This document shows positions 25,776 through 38,084 of a DNA stretch of 64,000 nt, piece by piece; within the stretch, counting starts at the first letter, position 1, and every line of letters begins with the position of its first letter. A program made the translations under genes and the position numbers. Source of the stretch: Dimorphilus gyrociliatus (Eukaryota; Animalia; Annelida); NCBI GenBank assembly GCA_904063045.1, contig CAJFCJ010000007.1:3045404-3109403 (forward strand), written 5' to 3'. Under the pieces are notes generated by a model. The model had not been told where the DNA came from and searched no databases. It saw only the letters and a program-made list of their open reading frames with translations.

Positions 25776-27543
25776 ATGGCTCCATTCTTTCTAGTTTTCT
25801 TATTTATTATTTGTGTAAATTCGTATGTGAAACAAGCTTGTTATCCTGTTTTTTATAAAGACGATCCAACTATTAGATGCCTACCAGGAGACGTTATCAT
25901 TGTAGAGGAGGCTTGGTATGGCCACACTATTCCAAATATATGTGAGGTTAGGAAAGAAGGAGTATGCGGTGTCTCAGTTCTACGAAACGCTCAGAGATTA
26001 TGTAATGGCCGTCAGACTTGCCAGCTAGAGTCCGAATCTGATATTATACACGGAGTAGCCGAAATTAAAAGGCATTTGTGCTATGAATACGGAAAAAATA
26101 GTATAACAGTTAATTATACTTGTTTACCGGCAACGAGTATAGTGGACTCATGCGGATTTGAAAGCTACCAAATTATAACTGTTCAAGCCGATCAGCATTT
26201 CTCATGGCCAGGTTCAAAGAGTAATTGTACGTATCGAATCAAAACTGCGACAAGATATTTAGGGATGAATTTAACAATTATGATGATGAACGAAACAGTT
26301 AATAAGGCTGAATGTAGAAAACCTCTGTTAAAAATAGAGGATGGAGATAATGTAACAGAAATAGTGAGTAATCACTGTAAAGTTGAAGAAGTTCAAATAT
26401 TCCACACAAAGACAAATAAGTTAGCTCTAACATTTATGGGATCAAGGAGATTTATTGTCGGAGTACGTCTTATTGACTTATGCAAATTAGGAGAAAATAT
26501 TTCGGAGTGTGTAAAGGCAAACGAAACTTTGGCATTGTACGACGGAAAAAACGTTACTGGTAACTATTTTTCCTTTGTTCTTAATATCTGCTAGTCTCAA
26601 CATGGGAAGAGGTTAGATAAAAGAGACAATAAAAGTTCCTTTTGTTATCTTTATTACTGTTTCACTAATCAGGAAAAATTTGTTCTATACGTGTTTCCTT
26701 TCTATGTATTCCTCAGGTATTATTGGCGGCGTCCTTGGTGCTGTAGGAGCACTCTTTCTTTTGTACATATTCATTTTGGCGTGCAAAAATAGAAGGTAGG
26801 CTAACATTTCCGTATTGACGCCCTGATCCAGCGACATCTGGCGTCGGGAGGATCCCAGATTACCTTTCCAGACTATTATTCACTTTAAAATGTATTTCAT
26901 ATGTCAAGAGGTTTCCCAATTTTCTATATATAAATAATTCATCGAAAAATCGTCTGAAGGGGTAATCTCTTTGTCCTGTTATATAACTGACAGATTTCTA
27001 TGTTCTGCTCCCTTTGTTAATTATTCTTGTAGATAAACACGCCTTCTTTCTTTCTTTTTGTATAGGAGAAGTTTATCACTCAGTTCGTCAGGAATTGACA
27101 GCCAAGACAGTTCCCCTAGATCGAGGTTAGCCAAGGAACGCCAGGCTGAGGTAGCTCAGCAAGCGGCCTCGATCGCTGCGGCTAAAATGAGCGAGAATTC
27201 TGAAGAATCCAGCGCCAACGAAGCAAATAGTCTTTTATCATCAAATGGTTCCAATACGCCAAACGGAATTACGCCGCATGATCGGAAACCTCCTGTAGCT
27301 AGAAAACCTTCGCGAAATGGCGCGGATAGCAGTGACTCCCAGGCGCCAACGCCTCCAGCAAGAAGGAAGAAGGTTGTACCGCCACCAACGCCGCAGAGAT
27401 ACGAATCAAAGCTACCTTACTCAGAAAGAAAGAAAATCGACAATGGCTCTCCTGTACAAAAAAAATCTCGACCAAAACCGCCATGTAGCCCTCCTCCAGA
27501 TGTCATCGTAATGGTCGAAAATGAACTGTACGGAGGCTTGTAA
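25776..27543 (+). CDS. Type I receptor-like protein: signal peptide, SUEL/rhamnose-binding-lectin-like domain, CUB-like domain, TM, Pro/Ser-rich tail; 3 exons (25776-26559, 26717-26795, 27066-27543)
   Basis: The SUEL pattern is IRC..GDVIIVEEAWYG...C...LCNGRQTC...C...ITVNYTC. The TM exon reads GIIGGVLGAVGALFLLYIFILA. The tail carries PPVARKP, PTPPARR and RPKPPCSPPP and ends ENELYGGL. Junctions are in frame. Confidence 0.78.
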
Positions 27544-29361
27544 ACAACATCTAGAAGAAAAAGAAAAGAAGAGGAAAACAGCTTACTTTCTAATACATAC
27601 ACTCCATGAGGGTTTTATCAAATATTTCCTTCAAATACGACTTTATAGAGCTGTAATATTCATAGATAAGCCAATTATTTCTATATATACAGTATAAATC
27701 TCCGTTACATGATTAATGCTTTCTCTGTTGTTTTAAAAAAACTAAAGAAGAAATCAGCCAAATATTTTTTTCCCTATAAACCAAAAAGCCTTTTAATAAG
27801 CTTAGGAAATTTTCTTTTATTTTGATACCTGGAAAGAAGAGAGAGAGAGAGAGAGAGAGTGAGTGAGTGAAGAGGGAATAGAGAGAAATACGACGGAAAG
27901 AAGGCAAGGGACGAAGAAATAAACAAGAGAATGGAATAAGATTTAATACATAAAAGTCGAAAAGACTTGAAAAGAAACAGAAAAGACTACTAAGAAAAAA
28001 ATTTTTTTGGATTATTTTCATCTATTTCCTCCTTTTTTTTTATTTTATTAAAAAAAAAATGAAGCATTGCATTCTTTTTTAGACTACAATCTTCTTTTCT
28101 AAATATAGATATTTTTTTTTTAATCATTTAACCAGAAAGAGAGAAAGAACGAAATATATAAAAAGAAACAAAAAAATTATTCCAATTGAATATATACAAT
28201 GTATACTGTATATAAGAGTAAATATTAGTTAAACTCTATTAAATGTTAACAAGTAGAGTGCTATATCTTTTTTCAATATTACCTGTGGGCTTTGTCTTTT
28301 TGTCTGCTTGAATAGTATATCTTTACATACAGTACATATGTATAAACAAGTTTATTTTAGGCAAAACAATGGTGCTTTTCTCTATATTCAAACAGTAGAA
28401 TGGTTATTTATATACAATATAAACTGTATATAATATACATATATCTATTTTTAGATTTATATATATATATATATATATACTAATATATATAAATTATATT
28501 AATTAATTTTATGATAACACAATATTTTAGACTTCGTATCGTTAATTATGTAGAAAAGCAAAAGATTTGCTTGCAGCAAATTTTATGATCGACTTTCTTT
28601 GTTCTCGTAAAAATATCAGGTGTATTTCAAGTTCAATTTACCCATAGGGAATTATTGGTTACGATTAAGATTATTTTCTCTTTTATACCATCTGCGTTGT
28701 TTTAAGGATATTGTTTAATTGTATTAACTATTAATAAACATTCTTTAACATGTAAATAAATAATAAATATATATATATATATATATATTTTTTTTTTTAT
28801 CATATCTTTATTAAATACCTTCTTATCTGTACTGATTTTATAAGATTAACTTGATATAATAAAATATTTCTTTTTAAATAACATATTATTTAATCTTCTA
28901 CATGAAAAATATCCTTGTAACGCCATCTAGATGGACTTTTTGAAATATAAAAAAAAAGAACAATAGAACAAAAGAACAAAAATTTTCGTTCTTTTTTTTT
29001 TTAAAAAGCAAAGATAGAAAGTCTATTAACAAAAGTTTATAGTTGATTTATTATTATAGTATAGGTATAAATGTAAAAGATATATTGAGTATTATTTGTA
29101 GGAAAACATGTTGTATTTGCTTTTTTAACATCTGTAAGTTTCAGGAAATTCAAAGAATTGACAAGTTGGAAAATAGAGAGGATTTTTGAGTATTCCATAC
29201 AGTATAACGAATAAACAATATCAAATTGATAAGGTTACTAATAACTATGTAAACATAAATAGTTTGTTTGAATATTGCGCCGCGCTATAACAAGTATTTC
29301 CGACGGAAGTTAGTGCTAGATCGTGTTCTTAGTTAAGAGAATCTTTATTTCTTTCTCTTAG

Positions 29362-29383
29362 GAACGGAAAAGTCTCCCCTAGC
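29362..29383 (+). other. Putative 22-nt 5'UTR exon of ANO10
   Basis: Flanked by a polypyrimidine acceptor (ctttatttctttctcttag) and a GTAAGT donor (29384). The next strong + acceptor is at 30526, just before the ANO10 ATG. Confidence 0.5.
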
Positions 29384-29413
29384 GTAAGTTGTTGTTCATC
29401 TAGATTTCTATTG

Positions 29414-30400
29414 CTAAACCAAAGTTTCAATAGTTTTGGAGCTAGACGCTAATTGATTGTTATATAATTTCCTACGTCTGCGATTTGCTTGTAAGATTTC
29501 CTCGGTTTTTTGCACTCGTAGCTTGTATAAAAGGTAAATAAAGTAACCAAATACAATAGCTAAAAACGTACAACCTATAACTATTGCCACTATCTTTTCG
29601 GTAAAAGTGATTTTTGCCGATTGTTGACATATTGAATGAAAATCAATCTCTATTAAATGTTTATCCTTGAATATATCCGGTTTTGAACATTTTGGAATCG
29701 GCGATGACCATAATATAGTCTTGTAGAGATTTTGTAAAAATACTAATTTACAATCACATATCCATGCATTATTAATTAAATTTAAGTGTTGTAAGTTTAT
29801 TTTATGCGTTGAGTAATGCAGGTCAATAGTAGATATATTATTCGATTCCAAATTAAGAAGCACTAGTTCATTTAAATAAAGAATGAACGGATCGATTGAA
29901 ATCAGTTTTGAATGAGAGATACTTAAAGTTGTTAACTTTCCCATATCTTTAAAATCTTCATAATTGATTCTTTTAATTGTTGTATGATCTAGATTTAAGC
30001 TTGTTAAATGTTGACCACGCCATCCAAACATAGGAATGGATGAGATAAGATTATATGATAAATCAACATTAGAAACAATACTCTTATAGAAAGCGTGTTT
30101 GTGAATAAATTCAATCCGGTTGTGGCTAATATTCAAAATGTCAAATTCATTCAGTGCAAATACATTTCCTTGTAAGCGCTCTATTCTATTCCTAGATAGA
30201 TCCAGAACACGTAGGGTACTGAAGGGAGAAAAGCTTGGCAGCGATATAATAAAATTCCTTGAAACATTTAAAGATTGAACGTTGAACGCCTGATTTATCC
30301 TTGAAATATTTATTTCTGTTAAATTCTGAGAGCTAAGATCCAAACTATTCACAGTTCTATGTAGTAACAATATCGTTATCCACAGTTTTTCTGTCGTCAT
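29414..30400 (-). CDS. Intronless extracellular LRR protein with LRRCT, TM and short basic tail (328 aa)
   Basis: Signal peptide, repeated LxxLxLSxN units, the LRRCT motif NAWICDC..., and TM IVAIVIGCTFLAIVFGYFIYLL, all in one uninterrupted ORF. Confidence 0.88.
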   Translation of the reverse strand: MTTEKLWITILLLHRTVNSLDLSSQNLTEINISRINQAFNVQSLNVSRNFIISLPSFSPFSTLRVLDLSRNRIERLQGNVFALNEFDILNISHNRIEFIHKHAFYKSIVSNVDLSYNLISSIPMFGWRGQHLTSLNLDHTTIKRINYEDFKDMGKLTTLSISHSKLISIDPFILYLNELVLLNLESNNISTIDLHYSTHKINLQHLNLINNAWICDCKLVFLQNLYKTILWSSPIPKCSKPDIFKDKHLIEIDFHSICQQSAKITFTEKIVAIVIGCTFLAIVFGYFIYLLYKLRVQKTEEILQANRRRRKLYNNQLASSSKTIETLV

Positions 30401-30527
30401 CCTAGCATATTGATTTTTTTTTTCGTTTTCTCCCTCTCTCTCTGTTTTTCTCGCCCTATCTCTTTACCCAATAGCAATAAAATACATCTATTAATTGTTT
30501 TTTTCTCTTTGTCATTCTATATATAGC

Positions 30528-33447
30528 ATGCAGAATTTTAATTCACTGGTTATTATCGAATTTGATTCGAAAAGGATGACAGATAAAATTCTTAATTGGC
30601 TTCTGGAAGAATTTGAATTAAAAGGTTTACATATTAAGCAAGTATCCAGAAAAGACGGGGATAAGACTTTCTCCATACACGTTGGGGCTCATTCTAATAC
30701 CCTTTTGAGGTCGGCAGAGTTAATGCAAATTAAAAAAAGGCTGAAAGATGGTTCTGTTAGGGTACTAAATTATTCTCATCTTAGCGAGTTTGAGGGTGGA
30801 GGTATGTAATATTATCTTACGTTTTCTATTGTAAAAAATACTACTAATGGAAAATATATAGAGGATAGAGATAGCTTGTTAACCATGTCTGAAAAACAAC
30901 AAATAATACTTCATGAGATCCAGAGCGTTCGTGCGAAAGATAAAATAAAGATAGAGAGTTTAGGCTTAAAAAAACTCCTCTACGAAGGACAAGCAGTAGG
31001 TAATATATTAATTAATTTAATAGATATTCACTGAGCAGCTGTCCATTGATAAATATAACTCTATCTTTTTTAACCATAGTCCCTCTGCTAGTGAATAAAG
31101 GTTATGTCAGAAAGATATTCCCATTGCACGATAGAGAGGAATTAAAGAGGCTAGGAACGGATTGGTACAAAACATTCATCAAAAAACAGCCGATAGGTTT
31201 GTAGCTTTTATTCTCATTAAACAAACCCGAGCAATAAGTTTATGGGTTAATCTTAAATCGTTTTTTCTTTTATTTATTTATTGCTTGTCATATTTTATTG
31301 TCACTTTATCATTTATCTTTTGTTAATTAGAGGCAATAAGGAATTACTTCGGAGAAACTATAGCCTTGTATTTCTCATTTTTGGGCTTTTACACTTACGC
31401 ACTTATACCTCCTGCTGCACTTGGCGTTATCTCTTATTTCTTCCCAGCTAATTGGTTGTATACAACTGTCTTTTTTAGTGCCTTTAATTTGATCTGGTGT
31501 ACCTTCTTTCTGGAATTGTGGAAAAGATATTGTTCTAAATTAACCTATGAGTGGGGTACTTACGGTACAGAGCGTTTAGAAGAAGCTCGACCGGAATACT
31601 ATGGAAAATTGGGTATTAATAAAATAACTAATAGGATAGAACCAAAATATCCAAAATATAAGAGACTATTTAGATTTTATGGCGTGTCAGTTCCAATAGT
31701 ATTCCTATGTTTAGTAATAGCCTTTTACGCTATGCTCTTCTATTTTTGGATGCAAGATTGGGCGGATGGTTATTACATGAATGACAAAGTGAGTAAAACA
31801 CCGTATAAACAGTATCTCGTACTTATTTAATGATAATTCTCAGGGAATAATTGGCTTACTAGTAGTGAACGTACCTAGTGCCATATACGCCATTCTTATT
31901 GCAATTATGAATGCCTTATATAGAATTTTAGCCAAGAAATTAAACGATTGGGGTAAGACAGTAAACGTTTTCAAGGAAAAACTAAATGAAGATATAATAA
32001 TTTATTCCAATTCTCTTTACATGTTTAAATATCTCTTTCCAACAGAAAATCATAGACTGCAATCAGCATATAATAATCACTTAATTGTTAAACTTATACT
32101 CGTAAGATTTTTGCCTCTTAATTAGAAATATTGATATATTTTTTGAGGGAATAATGAAAGTCCATTCTTTTAACTATTATAGTTCGATTCGGTTAACTGC
32201 TTTATGTCTTTATTCTATGTGGCTTTTTATCTTCAAAATATGCCATTACTAAGAAGCGTGAGTACATTTTAGTAATAGACTTCCTTACATCAAATAGATT
32301 CATCGAAGTCACTAATTTTCTTCGTATGACCTTAAAACAGCACTTGGCAACATTGCTGATAGTATCACAAATTATAGGACAAGCTCAAGAAACGCTGCTA
32401 CCGTATATTCTCTATAAAAGGAGGAAAATAGCTATTAAAAAAGTTCAAGATAAAGCTGCTACAGGAGATGAGTATCAATTCAAAGAGGCTGTTAATCAGG
32501 CTGATATTGAGAAAGATAAAGATCTTTATATAGATACAGAGGTAATGTTAATTGAATTTTCTTGGAAAAACGTCTATTTCCTATTTCTTAACACTTTCAA
32601 TCATAAATTCCCTAATATATGTGCACAGCAAATGAAAGAAGCACAAATTCAAGATGCAATGGATGAGGACGATGTAAGATAGATTTATAAGCCAAAGAAA
32701 TTAGAAAACAAGTTGATTCAGCTTGTTTTCAAAATTATCATTATTATGATTGAACTGATTTATCTTTATCGCATGCATGCATGGATATATAGTGCAGTTA
32801 TTTTATGAATATTTGTATATATATATTCGTATTCATATATACAATATATATATATATATAGTAGCTAAGTGCCTAGAACTCGTAGGTGCCCTTATTAGCA
32901 CAAAAGCAATCTTTTTTTTCTAATTGTAAGTGAAAGATGAATGAAGTATTTCTATTTTCATATTTCTCAACAGGGTACCATGAATGATTACTTGGAAATG
33001 TATTTACAATTTGGGTACGTTTTCCTCTTCTCGGCTGTGTTTCCAACGGCTGCCGTTTGGGCGTTTATAAACAATTTGACAGAGATTCGATCCGATGCCT
33101 TCAAGCTTTGCCGCATTATGCAGAGACCTTTCTCCATACCAGCGGCAAATTTGGGAGCTTGGCAAATAGCTTTTGAAATTTTGAGTTTACTTGCTGTTTT
33201 AACAAACACTGCTCTAATTGGGTTATCACCACCTGTTCATGACAAATTAGTCCCTAAATATGGGGAGGCTTATATAATATTTGCGTTCGTACTACTAGAA
33301 CACGTCATCTTGGGAATTAAAGCGGTAGTTTCTTTCTGTATTCCGGATGCACCGAAGGAAGTACTCTTCGCGATTGCAAAAACTAATTATGAACATAGAT
33401 TAGCGTGGCAGGATGAACGTAAAAGTAAGAGTTCACATATAGAGTGA
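30528..33447 (+). CDS. ANO10: Anoctamin-10 / TMEM16K-type scramblase, multi-exon
   Basis: Motifs include LVIIEF..WL, VRKIFPLHD, QPI..IRNYFGETIALYFSFL, EEARPEYYGKLGINKIT, ENHRLQSAYNNHLIVK and DYLEMYLQFGYVFLFSAVFP..AF.NNLTEIRSDAFK. About 9 exons are joined by GT-AG introns. The start Met is inferred. Confidence 0.93.
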
Positions 33448-33612
33448 TAAATTATTGAATCTTTAGTTGACATTAGAAATTATATTTATGCGAATTCAAC
33501 TTAATAAAAATTGTGATTAAAATACTAATTTTGTTTTCAAAAATGGTATTACAAGCAATAAAGGCATTTTTTTGCGTTAAGTGTAAAGTTGTTTTGTATA
33601 AAAATTACTGTT

Positions 33613-34681
33613 TTACAACGTTTTCTCCATTTTATACCAATGCTGTAAGGGATGAAAAGAGAAGAAATGTTTCAAAAAATTATAATTTTATGGAAATTTT
33701 ACTATAAAAAAGGAATCAAAAGTTTTACCCGAATGCCCACTGCACACCAGGTAATAAGACATCCGTCTTCATCTTCAATAATTCTATAGCCATGCCTTTG
33801 ATATAAATTCTTTGCACGATTTGACTGAGCCACATACAATTGAATTCTCTATTGATTAAAGAAAACAGCTTTAAGAAGCTATAAAATAAAAGTATTTTAT
33901 CCCCTACATAGCATCCTCGTAAACGAGCCTCATAGTCTGCTCTTTCAAGGAGAACAGTTCCAACTCCCTTTCCTCTAAATGAGCCGTCAACGCATATATG
34001 ATCAATATAGGCCGTTCCCTTTGGGATTGAAGATTCGGATAGAACGCATCCCATGCAACATAGACCAATTGCGCCACAGCATCCAATATATCTAGAATAG
34101 TCGCATATGGGCATTTCCACATCCCTTTTTTTGTAAATAAAGAGAACAAGTATAATTTCTTTAGATTCTATAAACAAATATGTTAAATAATTACACGCTA
34201 TTTGAGAATTTTAACTTTAGCATTCCAGCCAGTCTCCCATCTACAGTAGCCACATATATTTCGTGATAGATATCGCTCATTTTCCTATGATGATCCTCCT
34301 CGGCTTTTTTCAAACTCTCAACTTTTCTCTTACCAACTGCCCACTCAAATTTACTTTCGAAACTTTCAACTGTCATTTTCGCTGCAAACTCGCTATCACT
34401 TTCTATCATATTACGTACTTGGACTGATGAATTTTCATCTCCTGGAACTCTAAGGATATTTCCTTGAGGAAGAGGCTGAGCTGTAAAATTAATAGATTAC
34501 TCTTATTAAAAATATACATGTCAATAGTCATATTGAAAATATAGAGCTATTGATCAGATTTGGTTTGCTAGAATTGGAAAAATGCGCTTATCAGAAGTAT
34601 GCAATCACGTAGATTGATGAAATCATTAATAAACAACATAGAAAGATAGTCAATTGTTTTACCTATATTAACCTGCTCCAT
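33613..34681 (-). CDS. GNAT-family N-acetyltransferase, about 5 coding exons
   Basis: Motif A reads AYIDHICVDGSFRGKGVGTVLL. The motif B exon reads IQLYVAQSNRAKNLYQRHGY, and the final exon is HWYKMEKTL* (stop 33613-33615). The start MEQ| at 34681 is tentative. Confidence 0.8.
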
Positions 34682-34926
34682 TCGTCAACAATCTCAAATG
34701 GCTGAAAAGGTAGTTGTAAAGGTGTCGCGTTTGTACCTATCGAACGTATAGATTATTAAAATTACTACAGCTATTTATAAAATTCCTCTAAACTGTTTAA
34801 CAGATCTACAGTAATTATAAAAGATATTTATATCAACCATCACCTGGTATTACAAAATGATCTAATGATAACAATCAAAATCGATTTTGCTATACATACT
34901 GTGTTAGTTTTTCTATATTTACTGAA

Positions 34927-34936
34927 GTCACGTGAC
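34927..34936. promoter_or_regulatory. GTCACGTGAC palindromic E-box (USF/TFEB CLEAR-type)
   Basis: Exact 10-mer upstream of the GNAT gene; the same word occurs at 37084. Confidence 0.45.
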
Positions 34937-35991
34937 GAGTTGAGAGCTGGTTTCTACTATGGTGAATTCGATTACCACTCTAATATTTGAATGAATCGAG
35001 GCGGGAAATACGAATTACTATATTGTAAACTAACTATATTTATAGGAAGAAAAACACTCTCTTTTACAAGATTTTGAAATTAAATACGGAATGAATATTT
35101 GATGTATTTCTATTAAAAAAAACAAAATCTGCAGTATATGCCTAATATGATAAACATATTCATTCATATATTCAAGTTTTCAAATGTTCAATATTAATGA
35201 TTTAACAATAGCATTTGCTCAAGTATTCATAACTTGTAATTAAGAAAAAAACCAATAGGCTATCATTAGTTGAATTGATAAGGGAATACTTACTATTTAA
35301 AGAGTTGAGATTATTTATAAAGGAGCTCAGAATCGAAGGTAAAAAGCAAAGTAGACATAAGACAATAAAATAATATTATTCAATTAAACAACTCACGTAA
35401 TATAAAATTCTTTTAAAATACTTTTTCTTAGAAATGTACTATCCTATATATACATATTCTGCAATTAGTTAATAATGGATGAATAATGCATTAAATCCAT
35501 TTATTTGTTGGGTTATAATTATATTAATTGTTTAAGATTATCTATCAAATTAATATGTTCATAATGATTGTTATACCGCCCTCATTTCCATTCAATCTAT
35601 CTGGAAGTTAATAATAAAAATTCTTCAAATAATATAATGAAAGCGATATGATGCTATTCTGTTTCTTTTTCAATGTAAGGCAAATTACATTCAATTAAAA
35701 TTCAGAAAAGCATAAACATCTTCTTCTTCCCTTTCTTAGTTTTCTTCTCAGCATATATGAGTAAGCTCATTTAATCAAATTAAGCGATTTCCTTACTGCA
35801 ACCATTGTAGTTGAAGATATCTTTCTCTTGGTTAATATTCCTTGTGTTTCATCTTCAACTCCACATTTGATCATTTAGTGATTAATAGATTCTATTATGA
35901 TTCTTTATAGAATATGTTTAATACAATGAAATATAGATAAAAATACAATAAATTATATTCAGAGATAATAGAAACAACATAACAAATATCG

Positions 35992-36604
35992 TTAAGTCAG
36001 CTTTTTTCCTTTTTTATTCTTTTCATTTTTAAATTTACTTTTAGACATCTTAGTATTTTGTCCCTTTGTTAAGAGTATACATATTCTAGGAATTTTCTTT
36101 GTAACCTTTAACCTTTCGAGTTCTTTTTCCTTTGGTTCCCAATATTCTATAACTCTGAAATATAGCATATATATAGAATAATAAGATTTATATTTATGTT
36201 ATACAGTATACTGTATTACCTTTTATAACCAATTCTTGTATCCTGTTGCAGATTCTGTAGTATTTAAAAAATTGATATAATTATGTTTTTGTAAAATAGA
36301 TATCTAACCTTGTATGTTCGTTTTATTATTTCTGCACAAGTTATAGCTTTAGATACCGATTTATCATTACCATACCATGCTATTGAATTTATATCGTTAT
36401 TCTATATTGAAAAATTAATAAAGGTTTAATGTATTTTTAAATAAAATAATACTTATAACTTACGTTGAACTTTTTTTGAGCAAAAGATATTAAATTTCCA
36501 ACTTTACTTCCATAGTTGACACGCATTTTAATGGTATTATCATCCATTTTTGGATCTTCATTTATTTCCATCACTTCAACCTCTCCCTTTTCGTAATGCT
36601 CCAT
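35992..36604 (-). CDS. RPP25L: Alba-domain RNase P/MRP subunit p25-like protein, 4 exons
   Basis: MEHYEKG...IKMRVNYGSKVGNLISFA..|..SVSKAITCAEIIKR..|..EYWEPKEKELERLKVTKKIPRICILLTK matches the RPP25L pattern MEHY..MRV..GSK.RNL..KA.SCAEI.KR. Confidence 0.88.
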
Positions 36605-37083
36605 TCTTCTCAGCTTCAAACTCTAGAATCGTTTAGAGAGACTACATTGATTAGAAAGTATAATTATTCAAATAAATTAAGAGAGAGAAAGACAACATGC
36701 AGAAGATATATTATAAAGCGTTTAATTATGTTGTTTAATATCTACCTTGTATTCTCAAGTAATACTGGAAAACAAATTTAAAATAATTTTAATGTTAACA
36801 ATATCTTCAGTTGTCAATGAATTGTATTAACTCACTATATATCATTAAAAATCCGTGAGATATAAAAAAAAGTATAACACTGAGCAAAGACCAGTTTAAT
36901 AGCAGACGACCAAAAAAACAAGTACCATACTGTCGAGTTTTAAAACAAAACTTTGTTAAAAAACGCTAATCATTTTATAAAAGACTTATATCTGATACAA
37001 CTTAAATTTTAACAATGCATGCCTTAACTATATCACGACATTATATAATTTGTATTTGTAAATGTTTAAAACTAGTGACTAGT

Positions 37084-37093
37084 GTCACGTGAC
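37084..37093. promoter_or_regulatory. GTCACGTGAC palindromic E-box in the RPP25L/MED20 bidirectional promoter
   Basis: Exact 10-mer between the divergent ATGs at 36604 and 37235. Confidence 0.45.
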
Positions 37094-37234
37094 AATTGAA
37101 ATGGTGGACTCTCAAAGGCCGGTTACTGTCTTTTTTAGCGTCAACAACGCAATAAAACATTCATAATTTGAAAAATATTGCTTGGATTTAGCTTTGGATA
37201 AGATATTTTGAATAAGATTTCAAATTGGAAGACA

Positions 37235-38084
37235 ATGGGAGTTAACTGGTAATTATTTACGTCGGTGATCTAGTGATATTTCCTATAAATTCGTTATTTC
37301 TTACATTATCGCTATATCTGTTATATTCTAACAAATACATCTGTCTATTTTTACAGCGTAATTAGTGTACCCATGGAAGAGAATAAAAGTGGTCAATACG
37401 TAATCACAAAACTTCAGAAGAAAATTGAAAACCTAGGAGCAAAAAAAGCTGGACATTTTAGCGTTGATTGTGAAACATATCAAAGCCAAATACCAATAGA
37501 AGGACAAGTAAAAGTCATAAATAATGTTCACGACACCGAATATCCAGCAAGTACTTTCTCATTTGTAGAAAATGGGCCTCATCTCGTTGCAGATAATACT
37601 TTAGATATGTTATTTGCAAAAATGGATTCATTCTACGCTCCAAAAAAGAACTTTAAGGTAAGAAACGAAAAATTGAAAGAAAAAAAATGCTATTCTGAAT
37701 AGTAATACAATTATTTTTACAATATAGATTGAAGCTAAAGGTGTACGATATGAATTAAATGACTTTCTAATAAAAGTAGGTTCAGTGATTATTGGACAAA
37801 ACACATCTGTAAAAGGCATTTTACTTCAAATTGATTATACTCCATGTATATTATACAATGATTCTTGGGGTATAATAACAGAACTTTTACATATACTTGG
37901 AATAAATCCAAATATAACTAATTTCTTCAAATCAAGATTGGAGAAAAAAGAGAGTTCCGTTGATTATACTGACTGTGCTCAACAATATCTGGAATTATTT
38001 AATAGTGTTCGAAAATCTATGACTGTTAATCAACAACCACCTGGAATGTCATCATCACCTGTAATGATTCAAGGAAGAATGTGA
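37235..38084 (+). CDS. MED20: Mediator of RNA polymerase II transcription subunit 20, 3 exons
   Basis: MGVN(C)|..KLQKKIENLGAKKAGHFSVDCETY..HDTEYPASTFSFVENGPHLVAD..DFLIKVGSV..QYLELFNSVRK matches MED20. Confidence 0.92.

Noticed and set aside
25431-25777. ORFs 25431-25730, 25541-25777, 3690-3899, 27713-28021, 49189-49473, 52959-53183 and 58617-58826
   Set aside because: They are built from (AT)n, (CT)n or poly-T tracts, giving I/Y/F/L-rich junk translations.
26817-26860. GC-rich stem (gacgcc..ggcgtc) in intron 2 of the SUEL-CUB gene
   Set aside because: The stem is only ~6 bp, there are no C/D or H/ACA boxes, and it does not form an in-frame exon.
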